Virus genome (UHGV): UHGV-0023958
Direction: 5' to 3' (one strand)
Length of the DNA stretch: 64,000 bases
Source of the DNA: a virus
Part shown: piece by piece, positions 20,682-31,803 of the stretch
Layout: each line of letters begins with the position of its first letter
How positions within the stretch are numbered: the stretch's first letter is position 1
Position numbers and translations under genes: made by a program
Notes under the pieces: generated by a model
Database searches by the model: none
What the model was told of the DNA's origin: nothing
What the model saw: the letters and a program-made list of their open reading frames with translations, nothing else

Positions 20682-21209
20682 ATGACTAAACAAGAACAAG
20701 TGGACGAAATGATGCTTGACGTCCCACAGACAATAGTTGCGTATGATGCAAACCCAAAAGGACAACATTTATATGGAGAACAACGGCTACAAATAGCAGA
20801 AGTTCTTTGTGATAAAGGTTATGGCAATGTGTCCGAGTACAGAGCTGAAATCAAACAGCTTGAAAAAGAAAACGCTCATTTGTTAAAAGCTTGTGAAGAA
20901 CAATTTACATTTAATACAACGACAAACAAAAAATTCAGTATTTTCAATTTGGTTAGAAAAGAATTTGCAGAGAAATTGAAAGAAGAGGTGGTTTGCAATT
21001 TATTTTGTAAAGGAACTGCTGTAAATAATACAGAAGAAATGAAAGCTTGCATTACAATGGCGCGGCAGTTACTTTATCGAATAAATAGACTTTTAAATGA
21101 AGATTATGGTTTTGATAAACCTTTGTGTGCAAGCGACCAGTTTAAAGTAGAACCAGAACTTGTAAAAAAGTATAAGATAGATAAATTATTAAAGGATTAT
21201 GGAATATGA
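20682..21209 (+). CDS. hypothetical protein
   Basis: ORF track, operon overlap ATGA. Confidence 0.4.
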   Translation: MTKQEQVDEMMLDVPQTIVAYDANPKGQHLYGEQRLQIAEVLCDKGYGNVSEYRAEIKQLEKENAHLLKACEEQFTFNTTTNKKFSIFNLVRKEFAEKLKEEVVCNLFCKGTAVNNTEEMKACITMARQLLYRINRLLNEDYGFDKPLCASDQFKVEPELVKKYKIDKLLKDYGI

Positions 21210-22787
21210 TTTATCTTGGTAATTTATATGTCGAGCAGATTGAAAGAGACTATTGTGTTTCCTTTTCTGAAGAAGATAAAAAATGGTTGTTAGCACACCA
21301 TCAAGATAAAGCGGAAGATATTGAAAAAGATAAATGGCATTTCTTTGATATACCAAGAGTTGCAATCGTTGGAAGTCAAGAATTCAGACAGGAATTATAC
21401 GACAGATTGATTAAATATGAATTTGTAGGTCAATTTGGAATAGGTGTGGAAGAATGAAAATGACTAAATCTGAACAACTTAATGATATTGAGCTTATATT
21501 AAGTCATTTATCACATTTTGCAACAAATGAGGATATTGCCAAAAAACTATTTGCTGCTGGATATCGTAAAATCAATAAAGGTGACATTATAACAACAAAG
21601 AGTAAAATGGCATCATTAAAACATAAATCTGTAAAAGATTTTTATGAGAAATTAAATGAAGAATGTATGAAAAATGGTGATTATGATGACGATGCGGAAG
21701 ATATGTCACTCGTATCAGGAAGAATAAGCATTGTTGATATTTATAATGTATTAAAGGAGTGGGAAAATGAAAACAGATAAGCAATTAAAACAAGAATTAT
21801 CAGATATTTTAGATCAAGCAAAAGTAGAAGCTTTGGCAACAATCGGTTCTTTAAATAATGGTTTTGGTGGTTGGTATTCAAAACCAGTTGCAAATTACAT
21901 TAAACTTTATACGCAGGAAGTAGTTAAAGAATACGCTGAAAGATTGAATAAAAGAGCTGTTTCATATTCATGGGTTTGTGGTAACGGAAGTGCAGTATTA
22001 CTTGAAACGGTGAACGAAGAAAAAGAAAAGATTTTAAAGGAATTGAAATGATAGTAGTAAAACAAGATTTGATAGATACTATGCCAAAAAATTGCCGCAA
22101 TTGTCTATACTCTGATAGTGATCCTTTTAAAGGAATCGTATGGTGTAAATTATTAAGTTCCGAACATTTTATGACATATTATTTACAAGCTGAGTATTGT
22201 GGATTTGATTGTGAAAACAGACCTGAAAAATGTCCATTATTAGAGGTGTTAAAATGATTAAAGATGAACACATTTATTTATGTCAGCTTGGTTTTGCAAG
22301 ACCAACAATTGTAGAGCATAAAGATTACAAAGGGGAAATTGAGAGAGTTCAAACTGTTAATCTGTCGATTGATTATCTTGTAAAGGTTTGGAGAAGATGT
22401 TTTTTAATAGATCCAGATGAGATTATCTTTTTGCACATGAAACCAGTTGACTATGAATGTTGCAGTAAAAAAGCTTTGTCTAATTCACATTCGGTTGTTG
22501 AGTTACTCCGTCAAGAGGGTGTGATTTGTTTAAAGGGAGAAAACAATGAAGAAAAGATTTGATATTATTGAGTATATTAAAGGTTATATTAAAATGTATG
22601 ATAAAGGTCGTTATTCTAAAACTGATTTGATTGATAATATATCTGATACACTTTCCAAGGGTTCTTGGCAGATGCGCTGTGATGGAAAAGAAGTAGTAAA
22701 TGGTTCAATTAAAGGATTTGATTTTGACGGAAATCCACAAACATACTATGTTGTGGGTGAATGGTGTAGAGAAGAGGAAGATTAAAT

Positions 22788-23240
22788 ATGAGAATTATTA
22801 AAAATGGTGTAAGTAAATTACAGGATATTCAGCAATATAAATGTCAGATTTGCGGATGTGTTTATGAGTTAAATTTATGCAAAGAAGAGGTTGGTGCATG
22901 CCCTTGTTGCAACGCGCACGTAGGTTATCAAGTTAAATTCAATGATGATGTTGAGTTGAATATGAAACAAGAAGAAAAACCTAAAACACCAGATGAAGTA
23001 TATCCAGAAGAGTTTTATAGCTTTAAAGACGGTTTAGATAAATCTGACGAAGAAATCAGAGAACTAATTAAAGAAACAATTAAACATTATAAACAGAGTA
23101 ATTGTGGATATGCGATGAGTGCCAGCGGTAGACTTTTAATTGCAGTTTTTCAATCAGATAAAGATAATATAGACGATTATCAAGTAATTGTTACAAAAAA
23201 TTATTCATCATTAGATTCCGTGGAGTTATCAATAGAATGA
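22788..23240 (+). CDS. hypothetical zinc-ribbon protein
   Basis: CQICGC...CPCCNAH motif. Confidence 0.4.
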   Translation: MRIIKNGVSKLQDIQQYKCQICGCVYELNLCKEEVGACPCCNAHVGYQVKFNDDVELNMKQEEKPKTPDEVYPEEFYSFKDGLDKSDEEIRELIKETIKHYKQSNCGYAMSASGRLLIAVFQSDKDNIDDYQVIVTKNYSSLDSVELSIE

Positions 23241-23674
23241 GTAAAGATATTTTGTATAAAGCAAAGAGAGTAGATAACGGCGAATGGGTTTGCGGCTTAC
23301 CAATTTACAAAAACTATATTAGAGTATTTACCGAACATGAATATGAAGATGAAGATGGTAGAAAAGTAAAATATAGTACAACTAAAGACTATCAAGTAGA
23401 TCCAAAAACAATGTGTGAATTTATCGGTCTTATTGATAAAAACAAAAATAAGATTTTCGAACATGACATTGTAGAGTACGAAGATTGTCCAGCGAGCGAT
23501 TACTATAGAGAAACCATTATTGTAAATCGCGGTGTAATTGAATTTGAGGACGGTGCATTTTTCGTAACAAACAGAGAAACCGTTGAAATGGGTGATTTGG
23601 TTTACAACGGAGTTATGGAATGTAGTGTAGTAGGAAATACTTTTGATAACCCAGAATTATTGGAGGAAGAATAA
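23237..23674 (+). CDS. hypothetical protein, possibly YopX-like
   Basis: KAKRVDNGEWVCGLP loosely resembles YopX-family N-termini; weak. Confidence 0.3.
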   Translation: MSKDILYKAKRVDNGEWVCGLPIYKNYIRVFTEHEYEDEDGRKVKYSTTKDYQVDPKTMCEFIGLIDKNKNKIFEHDIVEYEDCPASDYYRETIIVNRGVIEFEDGAFFVTNRETVEMGDLVYNGVMECSVVGNTFDNPELLEEE

Positions 23675-23693
23675 ATTTATAGATTTATTTTAA

Positions 23694-23725
23694 GAAAGTC
23701 ACTAAAATCAGTTGACTTTCTTTTT
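23694..23725 (+). terminator. terminator hairpin fused to promoter -35
   Basis: GAAAGTCAC..AGTTGACTTTC followed by TTTTT. Confidence 0.5.
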
Positions 23726-23740
23726 CGTTTGATGTATAAT
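23712..23740 (+). promoter_or_regulatory. sigma70-type promoter
   Basis: TTGACT(23712-23717) -17- TATAAT(23735-23740). Confidence 0.6.
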
Positions 23741-23772
23741 TAGAGTATCAAAAAATCAAGGAAGTAAAAAAT

Positions 23773-24171
23773 ATGAAAGTAAAAGAATTTTTAAAACCAT
23801 TTACAAACGGATCTATATTTAAATTTAGAGACAAATTGTATACAGCTCAATATCTAAAAGATTTATTTGGTGACTTTGAAGTTGTAACCGCTGATAATAA
23901 TCCTCTCGCTAGAGGTATAGTTACTATAGTAATTGATGAACCAACTTGCGATTGCTATGAAGTAACCAAAGAAAGGCGTTATCTCACCGAATATGAAAAA
24001 GGCTACTATTATGGAAAACACAACGAAAAGATTGAATATATTACCGAAGAAGTTACAAGATGTTTAGACACCAAAGAAAGAGAAACTTGTACTTGTGGTG
24101 GGCATAAATCTCAATGCAATTTTTATAAAGAAAAATTCATGAAGGATCTAGAAGATAAAGAAAAAAAGTAA
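23773..24171 (+). CDS. hypothetical protein
   Basis: ORF track, SD AAGGAAG. Confidence 0.4.
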   Translation: MKVKEFLKPFTNGSIFKFRDKLYTAQYLKDLFGDFEVVTADNNPLARGIVTIVIDEPTCDCYEVTKERRYLTEYEKGYYYGKHNEKIEYITEEVTRCLDTKERETCTCGGHKSQCNFYKEKFMKDLEDKEKK

Positions 24172-24212
24172 GTAAATTCATAGGAATATTTGTTATTTCT
24201 CTCTAAAATTAG

Positions 24213-24241
24213 TTGACATTTCTCTAAAAATGTATTATAAT
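24213..24241 (+). promoter_or_regulatory. sigma70-type promoter
   Basis: TTGACA(24213-24218) -17- TATAAT(24236-24241); gene ATG 24272. Confidence 0.6.
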
Positions 24242-24837
24242 ATATATGTAAATCAAAGAGAGGTAACAATTATGAGAAAAGACAAATGGGTTGTTTATGG
24301 AGAATGTGGTGGTTCTTTTACAAACCTTAAAGATGCTTGTGAATGTGCAAAGTTTGCGAGTGAAGAGTGTGGCGAAGCAAGCGTTGTTCTAATCAAAGAT
24401 GGTTGCAGCTATATTGATTATGAAAACGGTAAGAAAGTGTATGATGGCTGGAAGAGGTAATTTATAAAAGAGGTAAATATTATGGTAGTAATCGAAACTT
24501 TTGAAGGCGAAAAATTCAATCTGGAAGATGTTGAAGAAATCTGGCTTGTAGAAATTGACAACAATGATTATAACAAAAATATCGATGTAAAACGTTATAA
24601 TAGTGGTATTTATACGGATGAAGATTTCATGGATCTTTTGGAAGAAGTTTCGAAAGATATGATATGTATGCCACATAGATGCCGTAGACTTCTTGTAGAA
24701 CCTAATGATGGATATTATAATAGGAAAGAAATTAAAAGATTTATTGTAAACGGCAAATCTTATAGTGCAGATACTTTACTCTGTGGAAGATTGTAAGAAG
24801 AATATAGAAATCAAAGATAGAGAGAGGTATTTCTAAA

Positions 24838-25353
24838 ATGGAACTAAACGTAAGAATTGTAGATTATCACGCAGGTGTACCTTTTGAAACTAATGGTGGA
24901 AAAATTTCTTCTTATGAATTTTATACTGCACGAGTAAACTTAGCACAACCGATATTGAGATGGTTCGAAGTTAAAGGAAGAAATAAAGCTAAGAGAGCTG
25001 CAGAGTTTATCAAACAAGCGTTCAAAGATAATCTTGAAGTTTATACTTATGATTATTCTAAAGGAATTATTAGAGTTGTGGGGGTTGTCGGAATGACGAT
25101 AAAAGAATTATTTGATAAAAATAAAGATTCAAAAATTAAAGAATGGAATAGAGGCGTTTTACGAGAATTTTCTACCTATGAAGATTATATTACTTATTTA
25201 AATAATTATTTCGGAGATAAAGTTGTAATAGCAATTATTAACGGTGAGCTGAAAAAATATTCTGAAAATTCATATTCTCTTGATGTTGTAGTTGAAACGG
25301 AGATTCCTAAAATCTGTATTTACGAAGGTTTTTGGTGGGATGTGGAGAAGTAA
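24838..25353 (+). CDS. hypothetical protein
   Basis: SD GAGAGAGG then ATG. Confidence 0.4.
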   Translation: MELNVRIVDYHAGVPFETNGGKISSYEFYTARVNLAQPILRWFEVKGRNKAKRAAEFIKQAFKDNLEVYTYDYSKGIIRVVGVVGMTIKELFDKNKDSKIKEWNRGVLREFSTYEDYITYLNNYFGDKVVIAIINGELKKYSENSYSLDVVVETEIPKICIYEGFWWDVEK

Positions 25354-25885
25354 AATGGATAAATATTTAGCAGATAACAACGAAGTAAATTATGATCTTT
25401 GTAAGAATTATTGCGACGGATATTGCTGGGAAGATCCCGATTGGTACTGTCTTTGTGATTACGAAGGATGCCAACCAATTTGTGAAGAGTATGAAAAAGA
25501 TGAAGATTGATAAATATAATGATTTTTGTGACAGGCATTGTAAATGGTGCACATCTCTTGTTTGTGATGATATAAACGATGAAGAAGCAAGAGATGGTTG
25601 TCAATATTTCAGAGATGAATTTCCAGAAGAAGTTAAAGACGTTGAATATTGGAAAGTATTAGATAAGATTTTGAGGAATAAGTAAATGAAAAGAATATTT
25701 GACGAAAATTATAAAATATTTATCAAAACTTCTAATAAATGCGGATGCAGGTTTTCTTATGAAGTGGAAGATATATGTGGGAACTGGGATCATGTATACT
25801 GCCCACGCTGTGGAAAATATTTAACTACTTACGTTTTGAAGAAGATGGAAAATATTAAAATTGATTTTAAAGAGGATTTTGGTAA

Positions 25886-26716
25886 ATGAACGAACCAATT
25901 ATAATGTATGGAAAAGAAGTTGCGGATAATATGTTGAAAGATTTTAAGGCGAAAGAAGGTTCTTGTCTTTATATCTTTTCAAATCAGGCGGATCCAGCAA
26001 GTAAAGTATACGTAAATAATAAAAAGAAGAAATGCGAAGAACTCGGCGTTCCTTGTATTGTTTATGATATTTCAAACGCAACAATGGAAGAAATCGAAAG
26101 GTATTTTTCAGACATTGTAGTTTTGAATTGGGATAAATTTTATAATCCTTATATCATTGTTCAGCAGCCAATCCCAAAACACCTTAAGCAGTACGAGAGT
26201 AAATTTGAAGCCGTTATGAAAGCACTTTCAAGTTCCGACATCGATGCTTTCGACGGAGATTTATCGACAGAGTTTAAAACGCCAGCAACGCCGCTTGGAA
26301 TTATCAAAATGCTCGATTATTATGTAGGTCTTGATAAACTCGATGGGATGAACGTGGTTGTTATCGGTCGTTCTAAAATCGTTGGCAAACCGATGGCTGA
26401 TTTGCTTTTGAAATATAATTGTACCGTAACTATTTGCCACTCGCACACGAAAGATTTATCGCTTTATACGAAGAACGCAGATTTAATTGTAAGCGCAGTT
26501 GGTAAAGCAAAATTTCTTACAGCAGATTATATCGGAGAGAACAAACCGATTGTTGTTGATGTGGGAATTAATCGCGATGAAAACGGAAAGCTTTGCGGCG
26601 ATGTTGATTTTGAAGCAGTTGCACCGAAATGTTCGTTTATCAGTCCAGTACCAAAAGGCGTTGGAGTTTTGACGGTTGCAAGTTTGGTATATAAGATGGG
26701 AGAAAATATTGAATGA
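25886..26716 (+). CDS. folD: bifunctional methylene-THF dehydrogenase/cyclohydrolase FolD
   Basis: VVVIGRSKIVGKPMADLL, CTVTICHSHT, VVDVGINR, GDVDF, PVPKGVGVLTVASLV: classic FolD blocks. Confidence 0.75.
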   Translation: MNEPIIMYGKEVADNMLKDFKAKEGSCLYIFSNQADPASKVYVNNKKKKCEELGVPCIVYDISNATMEEIERYFSDIVVLNWDKFYNPYIIVQQPIPKHLKQYESKFEAVMKALSSSDIDAFDGDLSTEFKTPATPLGIIKMLDYYVGLDKLDGMNVVVIGRSKIVGKPMADLLLKYNCTVTICHSHTKDLSLYTKNADLIVSAVGKAKFLTADYIGENKPIVVDVGINRDENGKLCGDVDFEAVAPKCSFISPVPKGVGVLTVASLVYKMGENIE

Positions 26717-27183
26717 TAAAAGATAATCCAGATTTCAAATGGTTAGTAACCAATTTTGATTGTAACAAGCAAAAGATTGAGAAGTATAATATTCTTCGAT
26801 ATCGTGAAGAAGAGATTAAAAAGCTTAAAAAGAAATATCCGACAAAAGAAGAATTTAAGAAAGAACTTGAAATGCGGTGCAAATCTAGATTTTGGTCTCG
26901 CGCGGAGTATGAGCTTATTCTCGAAATCGGAGATGAGAACGTTTTGCTTAAACCTTGGTGCGGATGCAGAGATGATAATTATCGTATAGATGTAACATTC
27001 GAAGATGAAGATAATTTTGATTGGGTGCAATTTGCACTTAAACAAGTGGAAGATATTCCAGAACTTACAACTAATCCATATTCAGTAAAAATCGATGTTT
27101 GGGATCAACTCGAATATCGATGGGATGATTTTGTGGATTATGTTTGGAATTATCACCACAAATGGCAGAGGAAGAAAAAATGA
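26713..27183 (+). CDS. hypothetical protein
   Basis: ORF track. Confidence 0.4.
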   Translation: MIKDNPDFKWLVTNFDCNKQKIEKYNILRYREEEIKKLKKKYPTKEEFKKELEMRCKSRFWSRAEYELILEIGDENVLLKPWCGCRDDNYRIDVTFEDEDNFDWVQFALKQVEDIPELTTNPYSVKIDVWDQLEYRWDDFVDYVWNYHHKWQRKKK

Positions 27184-27352
27184 AAGTATTGGTTGTTATT
27201 CTTGGAATTTTGTCCGCAGTAATTATTTTAGGTTTGTTGGCATTTAGTTTTATTTTCGAAAGTGATTATCAACAGCCAAAAGAATGGGATAAAGATAAAA
27301 AAGCAAAAAGCAAAGATGATTTGCTAAATAATAACGAAAATAGGAACTGATT

Positions 27353-27901
27353 ATGTATAAAATTGATTTGAGACTGAAAACGCTTTTCCCAGCGATTATG
27401 GGAGCAAGGGACGAGACTACCGATATTGAATTTAGAGTGATTTCGGAAAACGGAATTAACATCGATAAAAGCGTGGTTGTTACAGCAACCGATATAACCG
27501 ACAATATTTATGGCGTAGAAAACATTTACGTATATAAAAATTGTATCGTTGTAGAAGTGAAGCGAGATCCAGATGAAGATTCTTTAGGTGAAGAGTACAT
27601 CACCGACGAAGATACAGATGGTGATGAAAATCCGTATTCTGATTTTGATACACACGATGACAAACCGTTTTATGACGGACCGAAGCTCGTTGTAAACAAT
27701 TTTGATAAAAAGTCGGAAGAAGATATTATAATCGATGGTTTGGACATGGTTTACGGAGCGACTACAAACAAAACCGAAATCACGATTGTTTACCATCTCA
27801 AAAACTCCGATAAACCTTTACAGGCACAATTTTATCTTAAAGGCGATAAGACAAATCTGTCGAAAGAAGAAATTCTTAAAGAGTTGAACGATACCCTTTA
27901 A
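27353..27901 (+). CDS. hypothetical acidic protein
   Basis: ORF track. Confidence 0.4.
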   Translation: MYKIDLRLKTLFPAIMGARDETTDIEFRVISENGINIDKSVVVTATDITDNIYGVENIYVYKNCIVVEVKRDPDEDSLGEEYITDEDTDGDENPYSDFDTHDDKPFYDGPKLVVNNFDKKSEEDIIIDGLDMVYGATTNKTEITIVYHLKNSDKPLQAQFYLKGDKTNLSKEEILKELNDTL

Positions 27902-27976
27902 AATTGCGTGTTAATAAAAGTACATTTTTATTTTTGAGAAATTTTTAAATTTTTTCGAAAAACCCCTCAAAATCGT

Positions 27977-28005
27977 TTGACAAATTTGTAACAATGGTTT
28001 ATAAT
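27977..28005 (+). promoter_or_regulatory. sigma70-type promoter
   Basis: TTGACA(27977-27982) -17- TATAAT(28000-28005). Confidence 0.6.
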
Positions 28006-28049
28006 ATTGTTATGAAAAACGAAAGGGTAACAGCCTGAGGGAGTTAAAA

Positions 28050-28313
28050 ATGAAAAAATTTGTGTATATGGTCGATTATCAATATGAGTACGGAGCAGAT
28101 CAAATGGAATGTGATGATATAAAAGATTTAACAACGCAATTGCGTTATTTGGCAAAAGATAAAGCAGTCGTTGAAAATGTTAAGCTGGTTGAAAATGAAT
28201 ACAGATGGAACGAAGAAGAAATTTCTTTTAGTTTAGCACAACAAGTAATTAGAATTTTGGGTTATAAACCAAAATATATGAGGTCAAGAAATAAAAAATC
28301 GAAAAACAAATAA
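28050..28313 (+). CDS. hypothetical protein
   Basis: SD GAGGGAG then ATG 28050. Confidence 0.4.
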   Translation: MKKFVYMVDYQYEYGADQMECDDIKDLTTQLRYLAKDKAVVENVKLVENEYRWNEEEISFSLAQQVIRILGYKPKYMRSRNKKSKNK

Positions 28314-28526
28314 GCCGAGCGAACGGAATATCTTGATTCATCTGATATGGACTTTTATGAAAAGACAAGAACCGTTGCGATTAGAAGGACGTTATCGTGG
28401 AGTTAAAACCGCTGTAGAGCCTACGCCGATACTCGATTATTGTACACCATCTTTCAAAGGATATTATACCAGCGCAAAAAAAATTACAATATTTCAAAAA
28501 AAATTTTGAAAAGTCTATAAAATCGT

Positions 28527-28555
28527 TTGACAAAATGATTTTAATATGATATAAT
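28527..28555 (+). promoter_or_regulatory. sigma70-type promoter firing into an ORF-free region
   Basis: TTGACA(28527-28532) -17- TATAAT(28550-28555); no ORF or SD for about 450 bp downstream. Confidence 0.55.
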
Positions 28556-28561
28556 ATACAC

Positions 28562-29010
28562 GTAATCAGTTGAAGACAAACACCTCCCTAAACATCAACC
28601 GATACTGATTGCAACATTTGTACCTCAAATAATAAGATGTAGTACGGAGCTAACCACTCCGTATGATGAGATGAGAATGACTTGACCTCCGCGTGGTTCA
28701 TCTTGGGTAATTCTAACAAAGTCAAAAATCGCGACAAAAAAATACGGACAGCTAATAGTGCTTACTTTTGCTTATAGCAACAAACTGTTAATTTGTATTA
28801 GTGCTATAATTCAGTCCTTAAAAATGTCGCAGCTAGCGGAACTTACTTTTTATAAATAGACGATGAATATATTTGATAGCTCCGCGACATAATTATTTTT
28901 TTTGAATCGAGATTTTCAGCTAGTCGAGCTTACTTTAATATAAACTGTTCCTATAAACGGATAATATAGCGCGACAATTACGAAAATCTTGATTCTTTTT
29001 TTTATTTTCG
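28562..29010 (+). ncRNA. candidate promoter-driven non-coding RNA region with three direct repeat units
   Basis: ORF-free; repeats CAGCTA(A/G)NNGNGCTTACTTT at about 28752, 28830 and 28918, each preceded by a CGCGACA-like motif; hairpin TACGGAG..CTCCGTA; anti-SD-like CACCTCC. Confidence 0.3.
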
Positions 29011-29022
29011 GTGTAAAATCGT

Positions 29023-29051
29023 TTGACATTATAAAAATAATATGCTATAAT
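29023..29051 (+). promoter_or_regulatory. sigma70-type promoter
   Basis: TTGACA(29023-29028) -17- TATAAT(29046-29051). Confidence 0.6.
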
Positions 29052-29084
29052 ATAATCAGCAAAAACGAAAGGAGACTTTTTACG

Positions 29085-31223
29085 ATGAAAGAAACTTTTA
29101 AAAAATATCTGTTTGACAAAAACATTCTTGTGAATGACGGTGCAGAAGAGAAAGACGAAGAGCTCGAATCTTTGCTTTGCACAGCTCTTATGGCTAAATA
29201 CGGCTATAACGTTGTTTCTGGGGCAGAACTTATGTCGAAGCCAGTACTTAATTACGTAGCGGAACAAATCCGTTATATCGCTAAGCCTACCGAGCCTTTT
29301 TATAGAGGATTTCCCGAAAGCGTTAAAAAACTTTGCCCAGAAGAGCGTTTATTTGACCAACTTTGGTCTTATTATAAAACTTATGGTCTTGGAGATTTCT
29401 CCGAAGAACAGCATTCGGTTTGCGAAAGTCCCGTTGAGAGAATTGCGCTTCTCAAATCTTTTACGACGAAGAACGTGAAAATCTTAAATGAAAAAGATGC
29501 GGAGAAAGAACTTGAAAGTTTGCTGCAGGGCTTGTGTGATCAGACAAGACCTATAAGCGAATATCAGTTCTCGGTGCTTGTTGAAGCTATTCGCGAATAT
29601 GATATGTTTACATTTAAATTTGCATCGTCGAATACGGCAATCAAAGTTTTGCTTGAAACGAGAAATTTGAGATATGCAGAAAAATCTTCCGTGCCGCTCG
29701 AATTAAGTCATTTCCCTAAAATCGTTGAAGAGCTTAATTATAAAGTTTATCACAACAATAATGTCAAAAAGCTCAATCTTAAAAACCAAGATAGAAAGTT
29801 TTTAATCAATGTTTTGAAAATTTTGATTAAAAACAGTTATAACGATTTCGATTTTATTTCCGCACCATATCAGGTGACATCCTGTGTTGAAAAGCGAGCT
29901 ATCTGGAAAGGAATTCTTTATCACCTGCATTATAAAGATGACAGACTCTCTTTCATTTACAGTTCGAAAGTATTTTCTGGAATGTCGGAATTCGAATGGT
30001 TTATGGAAGGCGAAAATACTTACGGTGCCGCTTCGATTTTAAAGTATCGAAAAGGAACGAGCGCGGTTCTTCGTCATCTTGATTATATCGTGTCAAGAAC
30101 GAAAGAGCTTTCGGAGATTGAAAAAGTTCTTGGTCTGCTCAAAGAAGATCTCAACCCGATCATCTTGATGCAACTTATTCAGCATTATAGTGATTATAAT
30201 CGCAAGCCAGATGAATCACGTAGTTTTTCTTTCAACAAATTCAATATGAAGAAAACCCACAGAGAAACTGGTTATGAAATCGAAAGAAGCAAATCACATC
30301 TTGACGAACTCGAAGTAAAATATCTTAAAGATTATTTCACCAAAGCTTTTTATGAACTGATGAGCAAGAAAAAAGCTGGTAAAGTTTATCTTGAAGACGG
30401 AATGAAAGACATCGCTGTGCCACTTGATATGGCTACCGCTAACGGTGGTGTTGGTTGTTTACCGACTGGCTCGCGTATGACAATTCCAAACGGTGCAATC
30501 GTTCGTGCTTTCACTTATTGGGAAAAGGTAAATGATGTCGATTTGTCTTGCTGGCTTGTAGATAAAGATTTTAACAATATTAGAGAATTCAATTGGAGTG
30601 AGTGGAGCAGTATCAGAAATTATCGCTATCAGACAAATTGGGATTTAAATTCCGTAAATTTCTCTGGTGATCAGACATCTGGTTATAACGGCGGTAGTGA
30701 GTATTTCGACATTGATATTGATAATGTTCTTAAAACTTATTCTACATCACGATATATGATTTTCTTTAACAACGTATATTCTGGCGTAAAATTCAAAGAT
30801 GTGTTCTGCAGAGCTGGTTATATGCTCCGCGACAAGTTTAACAGCGGTGAAGTTTATGAGCCTAAAACAGTCCAGACGGCTTTCAACATCACGTCAGATT
30901 CAACGTTTTGCGCTTTGTTTGCGATTGATTTACAAACCAGAGAGATGATTTGGCTTAATCAAAACGTTAATTCCAACGCCCGTTGCTCGTTCACCGAAGA
31001 TAATTCTTGGGTGAAGAAATATATTAATCTTACTCAATATCTGAACGTTTACAAGCTTTTTGAAAACGTCGGAGAAAGAGTAAGCGATCCGAAAGAATGT
31101 GTCAGCGAAGATGATTATATTATCACCAAAGAACCCATCGATACTAACTTCGATACAAAGGCAAATATAATCACAGCTTATACCACGGAGAAGATTATGT
31201 CGTTTATCGAGGGTAAGAAATGA
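29085..31223 (+). CDS. large hypothetical protein with C-terminal TerD-like domain (about 30465-30970)
   Basis: SD AAAGGAGAC then ATG 29085; C-terminal segment DVDLSCWLV..FSGDQTSGYNGGSEYFDIDIDNV..MIFFNNVYS..TFCALFAIDL parallels TerD blocks (DLDASAFLL..GDNRTGEGDGDDE..IIFVVTIHD..TAMLFGELY). Confidence 0.45.
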   Translation: MKETFKKYLFDKNILVNDGAEEKDEELESLLCTALMAKYGYNVVSGAELMSKPVLNYVAEQIRYIAKPTEPFYRGFPESVKKLCPEERLFDQLWSYYKTYGLGDFSEEQHSVCESPVERIALLKSFTTKNVKILNEKDAEKELESLLQGLCDQTRPISEYQFSVLVEAIREYDMFTFKFASSNTAIKVLLETRNLRYAEKSSVPLELSHFPKIVEELNYKVYHNNNVKKLNLKNQDRKFLINVLKILIKNSYNDFDFISAPYQVTSCVEKRAIWKGILYHLHYKDDRLSFIYSSKVFSGMSEFEWFMEGENTYGAASILKYRKGTSAVLRHLDYIVSRTKELSEIEKVLGLLKEDLNPIILMQLIQHYSDYNRKPDESRSFSFNKFNMKKTHRETGYEIERSKSHLDELEVKYLKDYFTKAFYELMSKKKAGKVYLEDGMKDIAVPLDMATANGGVGCLPTGSRMTIPNGAIVRAFTYWEKVNDVDLSCWLVDKDFNNIREFNWSEWSSIRNYRYQTNWDLNSVNFSGDQTSGYNGGSEYFDIDIDNVLKTYSTSRYMIFFNNVYSGVKFKDVFCRAGYMLRDKFNSGEVYEPKTVQTAFNITSDSTFCALFAIDLQTREMIWLNQNVNSNARCSFTEDNSWVKKYINLTQYLNVYKLFENVGERVSDPKECVSEDDYIITKEPIDTNFDTKANIITAYTTEKIMSFIEGKK

Positions 31224-31365
31224 AATATATTGTTGAAGTAAACGTTCCAAAATATATTGAAATCGAAGCCAACAGTGAAAATGAAGCGAGGGAGCGAGTA
31301 AAATCCTCCCTCGATCCAAAACAACGTGAAATAGCTGAAATCAAAGTTGCTAAGGAAGTTAAACT

Positions 31366-31803
31366 ATGAAGAATAAGTTTAAATGCGGTATGCGCGCTAA
31401 TTGTAAAACGATAGATGATGCGTGTATAATTAAATTTAATTTTAGTAAATATTATTTTGAAGATAAAGAATTGATTTATTATACGAATAAAGGTATTTAT
31501 AAATACAAAGAATTATTTCCGAAGTCAGAAGGTTACAAAAATCCTTTGAAAATTAAGGAACTAAAATTGATTTCAATTGATAGAATAGAATCATCCGACA
31601 ATATTTTTGGTGATTTAGAGAAAGAGGTTTTGTATAAATATAGATTGTGGTTTGTAGATAATAAAAATAAAGTATATAATGCTGCGGCTGGTGAGGGAGT
31701 ATTTATTTATTGTTCAGATGATGAATTGAGAGGTAGATATAACATCAATTATACTATCAAGAAAACACGTTTTGATTCATTGTATAAGCTTAATTGGGAA
31801 TAA
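31366..31803 (+). CDS. hypothetical protein
   Basis: ORF track. Confidence 0.4.
   Translation: MKNKFKCGMRANCKTIDDACIIKFNFSKYYFEDKELIYYTNKGIYKYKELFPKSEGYKNPLKIKELKLISIDRIESSDNIFGDLEKEVLYKYRLWFVDNKNKVYNAAAGEGVFIYCSDDELRGRYNINYTIKKTRFDSLYKLNWE

Noticed and set aside
28740-28940. CRISPR array interpretation of the three direct repeats
   Set aside because: Units are about 20 bp and degenerate, spacing is irregular (78 and 88 bp), and there are no cas genes or leader; a promoter precedes them instead.
28989-29084. N-terminal extension of the 744-codon ORF in the track
   Set aside because: It overlaps the promoter -35/-10 at 29023-29051; a real SD and ATG occur at 29085.
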